A stretch of 64,000 nt of DNA from an uncultured Actinomycetota bacterium (GTDB lineage Bacteria > Actinomycetota > Actinomycetes > Propionibacteriales > Nocardioidaceae), in assembly GCA_963833775.1 (NCBI GenBank), contig CAWHZH010000013.1, forward strand, positions 24,330-88,329. The letters run 5' to 3'. Every line of letters starts with the position of its first letter. Position 1 is the first letter of the stretch. Of the stretch, positions 17,732 through 26,948 are shown piece by piece. The translations under genes and the position numbers were made by a program. The notes beneath the pieces are model-generated. The model was not told the DNA's origin. It did not search any database and saw only the letters and a list, made by a program, of their open reading frames with translations.

Positions 17732-18283
17732 TCAGTACGTGAAGTCCTGGGGCGCACCTTCGCCCACGCGACCATCCACGGCCTCACGCAGGATGTCCGC
17801 GTGGCCCGTGTGCCGGGCGTACTCCTCGATCATGTCCAGGAGCATGTCGCGGACCGTGGGTGTGCGACCGTCCGGCCAGGTCAGGGACGCCGGTCCGTCG
17901 AGACCGCGCTCCTCGATGACCTCGCCCACGATCCTCCGCGAGCGTCCGACAGCCTCGTGCCACAGTGCATAGATCTGGTCCGGAGGATCCAGGGCACCCG
18001 TGCGCCATTCCCAATCCGGGTCGGCGTCGAAGTCCACGGCGTCCCAAGGGGGTCCGTACTCCTGGCCGGCGAGCTTGACGGCCAGCCAGTCCACCTCGAC
18101 CAGGGCGACATGCTTGACCAGACCGCCCAGCGTCATCGAGCTGGCCGCAGTGGTCGCCCGCAATCCGGACTCACGCAGGAGGTCTTCGGCGAAGGTCCGC
18201 CGGTTGCGCTCGAGAACCGACTGCAGCGACGCGGCCTCGGCAGGAACCGACGAGGGAGACTTCTGCGGCGCTGGTTCGGTCAT
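17732..18283 (-). CDS. DinB-family / DUF664 (mycothiol-transferase-like) protein
   Basis: This is the C-terminal 183 aa of ORF 17732-18787, with the start at ATG 18283 (MTEPAPQK...). Motifs are 'LGGLVKHVALVE..W', 'RDMLLDMIEEYARHTGHADILRE' (the typical DinB His triad region) and the C-terminal 'DG'. Confidence 0.7.
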   Translation of the reverse strand: MTEPAPQKSPSSVPAEAASLQSVLERNRRTFAEDLLRESGLRATTAASSMTLGGLVKHVALVEVDWLAVKLAGQEYGPPWDAVDFDADPDWEWRTGALDPPDQIYALWHEAVGRSRRIVGEVIEERGLDGPASLTWPDGRTPTVRDMLLDMIEEYARHTGHADILREAVDGRVGEGAPQDFTY

Positions 18284-18354
18284 GGCCGAAGCGTAGAAGC
18301 CGGTTGGCGCGACGTACATCACCGACGCGGCGAGGGCCACCCGGACACCTGTCT

Positions 18355-19029
18355 CTAGCCCTTGCCGGTAGCGGCTCCGCGCGCTCTGGCGTCCACGGAG
18401 TCGAGGAAGACCTCGATGCCGGTGAGGAACACGTCGCGGTCGGAGAGCTCGGCCAGCTCGGTGATCACCTTCGCGAGGGCAGGCAGCCTGGCGGCATCGA
18501 CCGCGCGGAGGTCCCCCACCCACCGGGTCGTCTCGTCGCCGTCGTGCATGCGCTGCCACGAGAGGGTCGCCGCTGCCGACAGGACGTAGCTGGAGTACGC
18601 CGCGTAGTAGCGCACGGCTTCGTCCGTGGCCAGGCCGGCGCGGTCCAGCTGGGTCAGGATCCAGTTGATCGCCGCCAGCTCGCCGGGGCCTCCGGTCGCG
18701 ATCGCGGCCACCTCGGCGCCCACCCGGGGGTGGGCGGCAAACGTGTCGATCGTGCGCACGGCACCGTCGTACAGCTGGTCGCGCCACGACGCGTCCTGGT
18801 CGACCTCGGCCTGCGCGCTGATGATGAGCCGGTCCACGAGCGTCTGCATCAGTTCCTGCTTGTCGCGGAAGTGCCGGTACACAGCGGTCGGGTCCGTCCC
18901 CAGGGCGGTACCCAGGGCCCGGAACGTGATCGCCGAGCCGGTGGCCGCCAGGTCGATGGCGGCGGCGATGATGACCTCACGGTCCAGCTGCTGCCGGCCG
19001 GACGTTCTCCGGGCCTTCGCGCCACTCAT
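18355..19029 (-). CDS. TetR/AcrR family transcriptional regulator
   Basis: N-terminal HTH 'REVIIAAAIDLAATGSAITFRALGTALGTDPTAVYRHFRDKQELM'. Length 224 aa. Divergent from the amidohydrolase gene. Confidence 0.85.
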   Translation of the reverse strand: MSGAKARRTSGRQQLDREVIIAAAIDLAATGSAITFRALGTALGTDPTAVYRHFRDKQELMQTLVDRLIISAQAEVDQDASWRDQLYDGAVRTIDTFAAHPRVGAEVAAIATGGPGELAAINWILTQLDRAGLATDEAVRYYAAYSSYVLSAAATLSWQRMHDGDETTRWVGDLRAVDAARLPALAKVITELAELSDRDVFLTGIEVFLDSVDARARGAATGKG

Positions 19030-19095
19030 GCGCTCGCGCCTTTCCGAGTGTGAAGTGAACAGGGTCGTGTGGTTCTGGCGAGACCCTAGCCCTGA

Positions 19096-19133
19096 TCAAC
19101 ATCGTTGACAACGGCGTAGGCAAGTCCTAGCGT
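19096..19133 (+). promoter_or_regulatory. Promoter with overlapping operator: TCAAC-ATC-GTTGA inverted repeat, -35 TTGACA (19105-19110), 17-nt spacer, -10 TAGCGT (19128-19133)
   Basis: It lies in the 159-bp TetR/amidohydrolase divergent intergenic region. It shares TCAACnnnnTTGACAAC and the same 17-nt spacing with 20889-20926. Confidence 0.55.
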
Positions 19134-19188
19134 CACCGGATCCGCTCCTCACCCCGCAGCGGATCCAGCCACGAGCAGTCAGGGCGCC

Positions 19189-20838
19189 ATGACCGTGCAC
19201 GCAGATCTGATCTTCTCCGGAGGCCCGGTCCACCTGGGCAACCCGGCCCGCAGCCGGGCCACGGCGGTCGCCGTCACGGGTGACCGCATCGTAGCCGTGG
19301 GGCACGCGGAGGTCGCCGAGCTGGCCGGCCCGCACACCGAGGTCGTCGACCTCGCGGGACGCCTGCTGATCCCCGGTTTCCAGGATGCCCACGTGCACCC
19401 GGTGGGCGGCGGTGTCGAGCTCGGTGCGTGCGACCTCACCGGAGCGGTCGACCTCGACGAGTACAAGGCCAGGATCTCGGCGTACGCCACCGCCAACCCC
19501 GACGCGCCCTGGATCACCGGTGGCGGCTGGTCGATGGAGACCTTCCCGGGAGGCATCCCCGACCGACGCATCCTCGACGAGCTGGTCCCCGACCGCCCCG
19601 TCTTCCTGCCGAACCGCGACCACCACGGCGCGTGGGTCAACACCCGGGCGCTGGAGATCGCGGGCATCGACGCGAACACCCCGGACCCGGTCGACGGCCG
19701 GATCGAGCGTGAGCCCGACGGCACGCCGATCGGCGCCCTCCAGGAGGGTGCGATGCAGATCGTGGCCGCCCACGTACCCGAGGCGTCGGGTGAGGAGCTG
19801 GTCGCCGGTCTGCTGCGAGCGCAGGAGCTCCTGCACTCGCTCGGCATCACCGCCTGGCAGGACGCACTGGTCGGCTCCGACATCGGGATGGGCGACGTCG
19901 CCAGCACCTACCGGACCGCACTGGACCGGGATCTGCTGACCGCCCGCGTCGTCGGTGCCCTCTGGTGGGAGCGGGACCGCGGTCTCGAGCAGCTCGACGG
20001 CCTGCTGGCGCGACGCGAGGAGCTGACCAGAGGCCGGATGACCGCCTCGACGGTCAAGATCATGCAGGACGGTGTCGCCGAGAACCACACCGCCGCGATG
20101 CTCAGCCCCTACCTCCGGCACGGCTGTGGCTGTGCCGCCGGCGGCCGGCACGACGGGATCTCGTTCGTCGACCCGGCGGCCCTGCCGGAGTACGTGACGG
20201 CGCTCGACGACCACGGCTTCCAGGTGCACTTCCACGCCCTCGGCGACCGGGCCGTGCGCGAGGCCCTCGACGCCATCGAGGAGGCCCGCACTGTCAACGG
20301 CTTCAACGACCTCCGCCACCACCTGGCACACCTCCAGGTCATCCACCCCGACGACGTCCCCCGCTTCCGAGCGCTGGGCGCCACGGCGAACATGCAGCCG
20401 CTCTGGGCCGCCCACGAGCCGCAGATGGACGAGCTGACCATCCCGTTCCTGGGGCCCGAGCGCTCGTCGTGGCAGTACCCCTTCGCCGACCTCCTCCGCG
20501 AGGGCGCCACCCTCGCGGCCGGCAGTGACTGGCCGGTGAGCAGCCCCGACCCGATCGCCGGCATCCACGTAGCTGTCAACAGGGTCGGCCCCGGCTCGGA
20601 CGACGAGGTGTTCTATCCCGAGCAGCGGCTGTCGCTGGCCAGCGCACTCGGCGCCTACACCGCCGGGACGGCGTACGTGAACCACCTCGACGACACCGGC
20701 ACGATCGCCGTGGGCAACCTCGCCGACCTGGCCGTCCTCGACCGCGACCCGTTCGCGGGCCCGTCCGCAGGGATCTCCCACACCAAGGTGGAGCAGACAT
20801 TCGTGGGCGGCCGACGGGTGTTCGCCGCGTCCACCTGA
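19189..20838 (+). CDS. Amidohydrolase family 3 (YtcJ-like metal-dependent hydrolase)
   Basis: 549 aa. 'LLIPGFQDAHVHPVGGG' HxH metal site, 'VHFHALGDRAV', 'HLAHLQVIHPDD', 'AGSDWPVS'. Confidence 0.85.
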   Translation: MTVHADLIFSGGPVHLGNPARSRATAVAVTGDRIVAVGHAEVAELAGPHTEVVDLAGRLLIPGFQDAHVHPVGGGVELGACDLTGAVDLDEYKARISAYATANPDAPWITGGGWSMETFPGGIPDRRILDELVPDRPVFLPNRDHHGAWVNTRALEIAGIDANTPDPVDGRIEREPDGTPIGALQEGAMQIVAAHVPEASGEELVAGLLRAQELLHSLGITAWQDALVGSDIGMGDVASTYRTALDRDLLTARVVGALWWERDRGLEQLDGLLARREELTRGRMTASTVKIMQDGVAENHTAAMLSPYLRHGCGCAAGGRHDGISFVDPAALPEYVTALDDHGFQVHFHALGDRAVREALDAIEEARTVNGFNDLRHHLAHLQVIHPDDVPRFRALGATANMQPLWAAHEPQMDELTIPFLGPERSSWQYPFADLLREGATLAAGSDWPVSSPDPIAGIHVAVNRVGPGSDDEVFYPEQRLSLASALGAYTAGTAYVNHLDDTGTIAVGNLADLAVLDRDPFAGPSAGISHTKVEQTFVGGRRVFAAST

Positions 20839-20888
20839 CCCACCGATGCCCACCGCAGCACGGACGTCGCGGTCGGGCAACTGTCATG

Positions 20889-20926
20889 TCAACGCTATTG
20901 ACAACTACGTGTGGCCAGCCTAGGTT
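20889..20926 (+). promoter_or_regulatory. Second promoter/operator copy: TCAAC-GCTA-TTGACAAC, -35 TTGACA (20898-20903), 17-nt spacer, -10 TAGGTT (20921-20926)
   Basis: It lies in the 118-bp gap between the amidohydrolase and amidase genes. 13 of 17 positions are identical to the site at 19096-19112. Confidence 0.5.
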
Positions 20927-20956
20927 CGCCCCCAATCCGCCCCGCCAGGAGTCCCT

Positions 20957-22378
20957 GTGACCGACCTCCACTACCTCAGCGCCACCGAGGTCCTCGCCGC
21001 CTTCAGGTCGCGCGAGCTCTCGCCCGTGGAGGTCTTCGACGCAGTGACGGCCCGCGCGGACGCGACCGAGCCCACGGTCAACTGCCTCCTCGAGCGCGAC
21101 CACGACGACGTGCGTGCGGCCGCCCAGGCAGCCGCCGAGCGCTACGCGGGCAAGGGCGAGCCGCCCCGTCCACTCGAGGGCCTGCCCGTCGTGTTGAAGG
21201 AGGAGCAGCCGATCGAGGGGCGCAGCCTCCGCTTCGGCTCGGTGCTCACCGAGGGTCTGGTCGCCGACGACACCCACCCCGTGCCCGAGCGCGTGCTCGC
21301 GGCGGGCGCCCTGGTCCACGCGCGTACGACCACCCCTGAGTTCTCCTGTGCCGGTTTCACCCACAGCGAGCTGTGGGGCGTCACCCGCAACCCGTGGAAC
21401 CCCGACTACACCCCCGGCGGGTCCTCCGGTGGATCGGGCGCAGCCCTGGCGTCCGGTACGGCGTACCTCGCCAGCGGCTCCGACATCGGTGGCTCGATCC
21501 GGATCCCCGCCTCCTTCAGCGGTGTCGTCGGCTTCAAGGCTCCCTACGGTCGCGTGCCGGCGCTGCCGCCGTTCAACCTCGACGTGTACTGCCACGACGG
21601 CGCGATGGGTCGCACCGTCGCCGACACCGCGCTGCTCCACAACGTGATCCAGGGCCAGCACCCCGTCGACCACGCCTCGCTGCCAGCTCTGCCGATCCCC
21701 CAGGACCTCGGCGACGTGAGCGGGATGCGGATCGCCCTGGCGGTGACGCTCGGTGACATCCCCGTCGAGCCCGAGGTGGAGGCCAACACCCGGGCCTTCG
21801 CCGAGGCGCTGCGCAGCGCCGGCGCGAAGGTCGAGGAGGTCCAGGTCGACCTCTCCCTGGAGCGGATGACCGAGGCGGCCCTCGTGCACTACGGCTCGAT
21901 CATGGGGCCGTCCATGAGCGAGGAGGTGGCACTCGACGACCCGCGCTTCATGGACTACACGCGGATGTTCCTGGAGAAGTCGTCGGCCGCCTTCGGCCGC
22001 ACCAGCGTCTACGCCGGGATGGAGCGGGAGACCGAGGTCCACCTCGCCCTCGCCCGGGTCTTCGCCGACCATGACGCGCTGATCTGCCCGACGTTCGGCG
22101 GTCTGGGACTCGAGGCGGGCAACGCCTACCTCGACGGCCTCGATGTCGCGGGGAAGCACCTGGAGATCTACATCTTCGCGGCGCTCACCCCGGTCTTCAA
22201 CGTCGCCAGCCGCCACCCGGTGCTGGCCGTCCCGTCCGGGATCGCCTCCAACGGCGTCCCCACCGGGGTCCAGGTCGTGGCCCGTCCGTACGACGACGTC
22301 ACGGCCTTCCGGGTCGGCGCCGCCGCCGAGCGGGAGCTCGGTCTGTGGCACGACCCGTCCTGGCGCCCGCCCCTGTGA
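20957..22378 (+). CDS. Amidase (amidase-signature family)
   Basis: GTG start, 473 aa. The AS signature is 'GGSSGGSGAALASG...ASGSDIGGSIRIPASFSGVVGFKAPYGRVP', with the Ser-cisSer-Lys triad context. Confidence 0.85.
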   Translation: MTDLHYLSATEVLAAFRSRELSPVEVFDAVTARADATEPTVNCLLERDHDDVRAAAQAAAERYAGKGEPPRPLEGLPVVLKEEQPIEGRSLRFGSVLTEGLVADDTHPVPERVLAAGALVHARTTTPEFSCAGFTHSELWGVTRNPWNPDYTPGGSSGGSGAALASGTAYLASGSDIGGSIRIPASFSGVVGFKAPYGRVPALPPFNLDVYCHDGAMGRTVADTALLHNVIQGQHPVDHASLPALPIPQDLGDVSGMRIALAVTLGDIPVEPEVEANTRAFAEALRSAGAKVEEVQVDLSLERMTEAALVHYGSIMGPSMSEEVALDDPRFMDYTRMFLEKSSAAFGRTSVYAGMERETEVHLALARVFADHDALICPTFGGLGLEAGNAYLDGLDVAGKHLEIYIFAALTPVFNVASRHPVLAVPSGIASNGVPTGVQVVARPYDDVTAFRVGAAAERELGLWHDPSWRPPL

Positions 22379-22425
22379 CCCCTCCGACACTCGCCTCGTC
22401 ACCCACCGGAAGAAGGAAGCCGACC

Positions 22426-24066
22426 ATGTCCCAGAAGCCAGCACGAGGCTGGATGGTTCTCGGCGCCGGTGCGCTCGCCTGCACCCTGGCGATCAGCGCC
22501 TGCGGCGCGAAGCCACCCAGCGAGAAGTCCAGCGCGGTCTCGACCGACTACACGGTGCTGACCCCGAAGCCGACCTCCGACGGCGGCGACGTCACCTGGG
22601 CGACGTACCGGGAGACCCAGACCCTGGACCCGATCAAGGCTTTCGACTACCCCGAGAACACCGTGGACCCGCTGTTGTGCGACTCGCTGCTGCGGCAGGC
22701 CCCGGACCAGACGCTGGGCCCGGGGATCGCGACGTACAAGGCGCCCTCGGCGACCGAGTACGACTTCACCCTGAACGCCGACGCGACGTTCTGGGACGGC
22801 ACCCCCGTCACGGCCCAGGACGCCGTCTTCAGCCTCCAGAGGGCGATGAGCCCGGCGGCCGGCGGCTTCTACCCGCAGGTCTTCAACCGCGTGAAGTCCA
22901 TCGAGGCGACCGGTCAGAAGACCTTCACGATCCACCTGAAGCAGCCCGACCAGTGGCTGCTCGGTGAGCTGTCGGCCACTCCGGGCGAGGTCGTCCAGAA
23001 GGCGTACACCGAGTCCAAGGGCCAGGCGTTCGGCACCGTCAACGGGGGCATCATGTGCTCCGGTCCCTACAAGCTCGACTCCTGGAAGACCGGGCAGGGC
23101 GTCAAGGTGGTCCCGAACCCGGACTACTGGGACAGCTCCCTGCCGACGCCTCAGGTCAAGAGCCTCACCGTGATCGGGGTCCCGGACGACGCGGCCCTCA
23201 CGGCGGGACTGACCAGCGGGTCGATCGACGGTGACTACGGCACCGGGATCAGCACTCTCGGCCAGCTGAAGACCGACAAGTCGGTCAGCGTCTACCAGGG
23301 CGCGCCGTACGCGACGGTGTCGATGGTCATCAGCGCCACCAAGGGCCCGTTGTCCACCCCTGCCGGACGTCAGGCCCTGTCCGAGGCCATCGATCGCCAG
23401 GGCATCATCGACACCGTGTACCAGGGCGCCGGCACCATCCCGCACGCCGCTGCCGCCAGTGGCACCTGGGGCTACGCCAAGAGCACCTTCCAGCAGGCCT
23501 ACGACGCGCTTCCCCCGCTGAACCAGGACCTCGAGAAGGCCAAGTCCGACGCCAAGACCGCCGGCATCGTCGGGCAGACCATCACCATCGGCACGTCGTC
23601 GGGCATCCCCAGCATCCAGACCGAGACCCTGGCGATCCAGCAGGCGGCGGAGGCGATCGGGCTCAAGGTGAAGCAGAGGAACGTCAGCCCGTCGAACTAC
23701 ATCAACTTCTTCATCGACCCGAAGTACTTCGGCTCCGTCGACACCTTCACCACCGTCAACTACGGGGACTACGCCGATCCGGCCGCGCTCTACAACAGCT
23801 TCACGATGCCGGGTGGCTCGCAGAACTTCGACGGCTACAACAACCCGCAGGTCGTCAAGGACATGAACGCGGCTCGGGGCGAGTCCGACCCGGAGAAGCG
23901 CGCTCAGGACGTGATCGCCGCCCAGAAGATCATCACCGATGAGCTGGCGTGGATCCCGCTCGTGGCACCGAACACCGTGTTGGTGATGAACAAGAAGGTG
24001 ACGGGTCCGCCGTCCACCTTCGAGTTCATGTTCGGCCCGTGGGCCAGCTACCTCGGCGGCAGCTGA
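22426..24066 (+). CDS. ABC transporter substrate-binding lipoprotein, family 5 (peptide/nickel, DppA/OppA-like)
   Basis: Derived from ORF 22345-24066, with the start at ATG 22426 preceded by GGAAGAAGGAAG. Lipobox 'LAISAC'. Length about 546 aa, with typical SBP_bac_5 motifs ('TFWDGTPVTAQDAVFS'). Confidence 0.85.
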   Translation: MSQKPARGWMVLGAGALACTLAISACGAKPPSEKSSAVSTDYTVLTPKPTSDGGDVTWATYRETQTLDPIKAFDYPENTVDPLLCDSLLRQAPDQTLGPGIATYKAPSATEYDFTLNADATFWDGTPVTAQDAVFSLQRAMSPAAGGFYPQVFNRVKSIEATGQKTFTIHLKQPDQWLLGELSATPGEVVQKAYTESKGQAFGTVNGGIMCSGPYKLDSWKTGQGVKVVPNPDYWDSSLPTPQVKSLTVIGVPDDAALTAGLTSGSIDGDYGTGISTLGQLKTDKSVSVYQGAPYATVSMVISATKGPLSTPAGRQALSEAIDRQGIIDTVYQGAGTIPHAAAASGTWGYAKSTFQQAYDALPPLNQDLEKAKSDAKTAGIVGQTITIGTSSGIPSIQTETLAIQQAAEAIGLKVKQRNVSPSNYINFFIDPKYFGSVDTFTTVNYGDYADPAALYNSFTMPGGSQNFDGYNNPQVVKDMNAARGESDPEKRAQDVIAAQKIITDELAWIPLVAPNTVLVMNKKVTGPPSTFEFMFGPWASYLGGS

Positions 24067-24091
24067 GCATCGAGCTGATCGAGGACTCCGC

Positions 24092-25039
24092 ATGCTCGCC
24101 TTCATCGTCAAGCGTCTGGTGATGCTGGTCGTCACCTTGCTGGTGGCGAGCTTCCTGATCTACGGCTCGCTCTACGTGGCTCCGGGGAACCCGATCGCCA
24201 CGCTGACCGGCGGTCGGGCACCCTCCCCGCAGGTGATCGCGCAGCTCAATGCCCAGTACCACCTCAACGACCCGTTCCTGGTCCGCTACTGGCACTGGCT
24301 GGTGGCGGCCCTCCATGGTGACCTGGGTCAGTCGATCCCCTTGCACGAGGACGTCTCGACCTTGATCGGTCAGCGGATCGGGGTGACGGCCAGCCTGGTG
24401 CTGCTGACGTCGATCATCATCGTGATCATCGGCGTCGGGCTGGGCATCGTGGGAGCCCTGTCGCACGGCACGATCGACAACAGCGTGCTGATCACGTCGA
24501 CGATGTCCGCCGCGATGCCCGCGTTCGCTGCCGCGGTCGTGCTGCAGTTCCTGTTCGCCGTGAAGCTGTCGTGGTTCCCGGCGTTGGGGGACGGTGACGG
24601 CTTCGTCGACTCCCTGCACCACCTGATCCTGCCGGCGTTGGCCCTGGCGGCCTCCTCGGTCGCGCTGGTGACGCGGGTGACCCGGGCCGCCGTACGCGAG
24701 GAACTGGAGCGCGAGCACGTCCAGACCGCGATCAGTCGCGGCCTGCCGCGCGGGCTCATCGTGCGCCGACACGTCCTCCGCAACGCGGCGATCCCGATCA
24801 CCACGGTGGTGGGCCTGACCATCGCCAGCCTGATCGCGCTCTCGGCGGTCGTGGAGACGGCGTTCCAGCTGAACGGTCTGGGCTCGTACCTCGTGCAAGC
24901 CGCCCAGAACAAGGACTTCGCCGTCGTCCAGGGCATCAGCCTCGTGCTGGTCGTCCTGTTCGTCGTGGTCAACACCATCGTCGACATCGCCTACGCCCTC
25001 CTCGACCCGCGGGTCGCGATCGGGAGCAGAGCCCAGTGA
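24092..25039 (+). CDS. ABC transporter permease (DppB-like)
   Basis: N-terminus 'MLAFIVKRLVMLVVTLLVASFLIY' and the EAA-loop region 'RAAVREELEREHVQTAISRGL'. Length 315 aa. Confidence 0.85.
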   Translation: MLAFIVKRLVMLVVTLLVASFLIYGSLYVAPGNPIATLTGGRAPSPQVIAQLNAQYHLNDPFLVRYWHWLVAALHGDLGQSIPLHEDVSTLIGQRIGVTASLVLLTSIIIVIIGVGLGIVGALSHGTIDNSVLITSTMSAAMPAFAAAVVLQFLFAVKLSWFPALGDGDGFVDSLHHLILPALALAASSVALVTRVTRAAVREELEREHVQTAISRGLPRGLIVRRHVLRNAAIPITTVVGLTIASLIALSAVVETAFQLNGLGSYLVQAAQNKDFAVVQGISLVLVVLFVVVNTIVDIAYALLDPRVAIGSRAQ

Positions 25040-25959
25040 GCATCCCCGTCGGAGGTGCCCTCCCCACCGGTGCCGCGCCAGAGCAGCCCGGGCCGAACGC
25101 CGTACCCGCACCAGGCGATGCTGCGTCGCTCAAGACCCGACGCCGGCTGCCCCAGCTCGGAGTGGGTGGCTGGATCAGCGTCGGGATCATCACGGTCGCC
25201 GTGCTCCTGGCTCTCTTCGGGCCACTCGTGCGCCCCTTCGACCCGAACGCGGTGCAGCTCTCCTACGCCAACGTCGGTCCGACGGGTGGGCACCTGCTGG
25301 GCTTCGACGGCGCGGGGCGCGATCTGCTGAGCCGGCTCATGGTCGGCGCCCGTACGACGTTGCTGGGGGCCGCCCTGGTCTCGATCGTCGCCGTCTTCAT
25401 CGGGTCGAGCCTGGCCGTCCTCACCGCATGGTTCGGTGGCCGCTTCGACACCGCCGTCTCGAGCGGCCTCGACGTGATGTTCGCGTTCCCCGGGATCCTG
25501 CTCGCCGTGCTGGCGGCCGCCGTCTTCGGCCCGGGGCTCTTCGCCGCCGGACTCGCGCTCGCGATGGCGTACTCGCCGTACCTGGCGCGCGTCCTGCGCG
25601 GCGCCGCCCTCAAGGAGCGCGCGATGGCCTACATCCAGGCCGGGGAGGTGCAGGGCTTCAGCAGCTGGTGGCTGTGCTTCCGCCACCTGCTGCCCAACAT
25701 CTCGGCCCTGATCGTGGCTCAGGGCACGATCTTCTTCGGGTTCGCGGTCGTCGACCTGGCGGCGCTGTCGTTCCTCGGGCTCGGCATCCAGCCGCCCCAG
25801 GCCGACTGGGGCGTGATGGTCTCCGAGGGCAAGACGCCGTTGCTCCAGGGCTATCCCCTCGAGGCGCTCGCGGCGGTCATCTGCATCGTGCTCGTCGTCT
25901 CAGCGGTGAGCTTCCTCGGCGAGCGGCTCCAGGCACGGTCGACGGGGAGCAACCGATGA
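25036..25959 (+). CDS. ABC transporter permease (DppC-like)
   Basis: GTG start overlapping the upstream stop (GTGA). Multi-TM protein with 'YIQAGEVQGFSSWWLCFRHLLPN'. Confidence 0.85.
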   Translation: MSIPVGGALPTGAAPEQPGPNAVPAPGDAASLKTRRRLPQLGVGGWISVGIITVAVLLALFGPLVRPFDPNAVQLSYANVGPTGGHLLGFDGAGRDLLSRLMVGARTTLLGAALVSIVAVFIGSSLAVLTAWFGGRFDTAVSSGLDVMFAFPGILLAVLAAAVFGPGLFAAGLALAMAYSPYLARVLRGAALKERAMAYIQAGEVQGFSSWWLCFRHLLPNISALIVAQGTIFFGFAVVDLAALSFLGLGIQPPQADWGVMVSEGKTPLLQGYPLEALAAVICIVLVVSAVSFLGERLQARSTGSNR

Positions 25960-26948
25960 GCACGCTGCTCCAGGTCAAGGACCTGACCGTCGACCTCTCG
26001 ATGGCCGATGGGCCGCGCCAGGTCATCTCCGGTAGCACCTTCGACATCGACGCCGGTGAGGCCATGGGGCTGGTCGGTGAGTCCGGCTCCGGCAAGTCGA
26101 TGACCGCGCGCGCCATCGCCCGGCTGCTGCCGGACGGCGCCCAGGTCACCGGCGAGGTCACGTTCGACGGCACGGACGTCCTCGGTCTCTCCGGGCAGGC
26201 GCTGAGGGCGCACCGCTCCAAGGTGGCGGTCGTCTTCCAGGATCCCCGGGCCCACATCAACCCGGTGCGGCGGATCGAGGACTTCATGACCGAGTCCCTG
26301 CGCACCCTCGACGACGTACCGGGCGCCGAGGCCAAGCGCCGCGCCGCCGACGGCCTGGAGGAGGTCGGCATCGACGATCCTGCACGGCGCCTCCGCCAGT
26401 ACCCCCACGAGCTGTCCGGCGGCATGCTTCAGCGCGTCATGATCGCCACCGCCCTGCTGTCGCAGCCGCGGCTGCTGCTGGCCGACGAGTGCACGACGGC
26501 CCTCGACGTCACCACCCAGTCGGAGGTGATGGCCATCCTGGACGCGCTCCGTCGTGACCGCGGGTTGTCGATGCTGTTCATCACCCATGACCTGGAGCTG
26601 GCCGGCGCCGTGTGCGACCGCACCAGCGTCATGTACGCCGGTCAGGTGGTCGAGACACGGGCCGCCGACCGACTGCACGCCGTCCCGCTGCACCCCTACA
26701 GTGCGGCCCTGGTGCAGGCGCGGCCCGACATCACCTCCACCGCGCCCCGGCTCGTGGCGATCCCCGGACGTCCGGTCTCGGCGTTCGAGGCACCGGCGGG
26801 ATGCCGTTTCGCCCCCCGCTGCCCGCACGTGGAGCAGTCGTGTCGCGAACACGAACAGGTGATGACCGATCTCGACACCGGCCAGGTGCGGTGCGAGCGA
26901 GCCGCCGAGCTGCTCGGCAACCTGTTGGAACCGAGGGCCCATGTCTGA
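25956..26948 (+). CDS. ABC transporter ATP-binding protein (DppD-like)
   Basis: ATG 25956 overlaps the upstream stop (ATGA). Walker A GESGSGKS, signature LSGGMLQR, Walker B LLLADE, and a C-terminal oligopeptide-type extension with 'CRFAPRCP'. Confidence 0.85.
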   Translation: MSTLLQVKDLTVDLSMADGPRQVISGSTFDIDAGEAMGLVGESGSGKSMTARAIARLLPDGAQVTGEVTFDGTDVLGLSGQALRAHRSKVAVVFQDPRAHINPVRRIEDFMTESLRTLDDVPGAEAKRRAADGLEEVGIDDPARRLRQYPHELSGGMLQRVMIATALLSQPRLLLADECTTALDVTTQSEVMAILDALRRDRGLSMLFITHDLELAGAVCDRTSVMYAGQVVETRAADRLHAVPLHPYSAALVQARPDITSTAPRLVAIPGRPVSAFEAPAGCRFAPRCPHVEQSCREHEQVMTDLDTGQVRCERAAELLGNLLEPRAHV

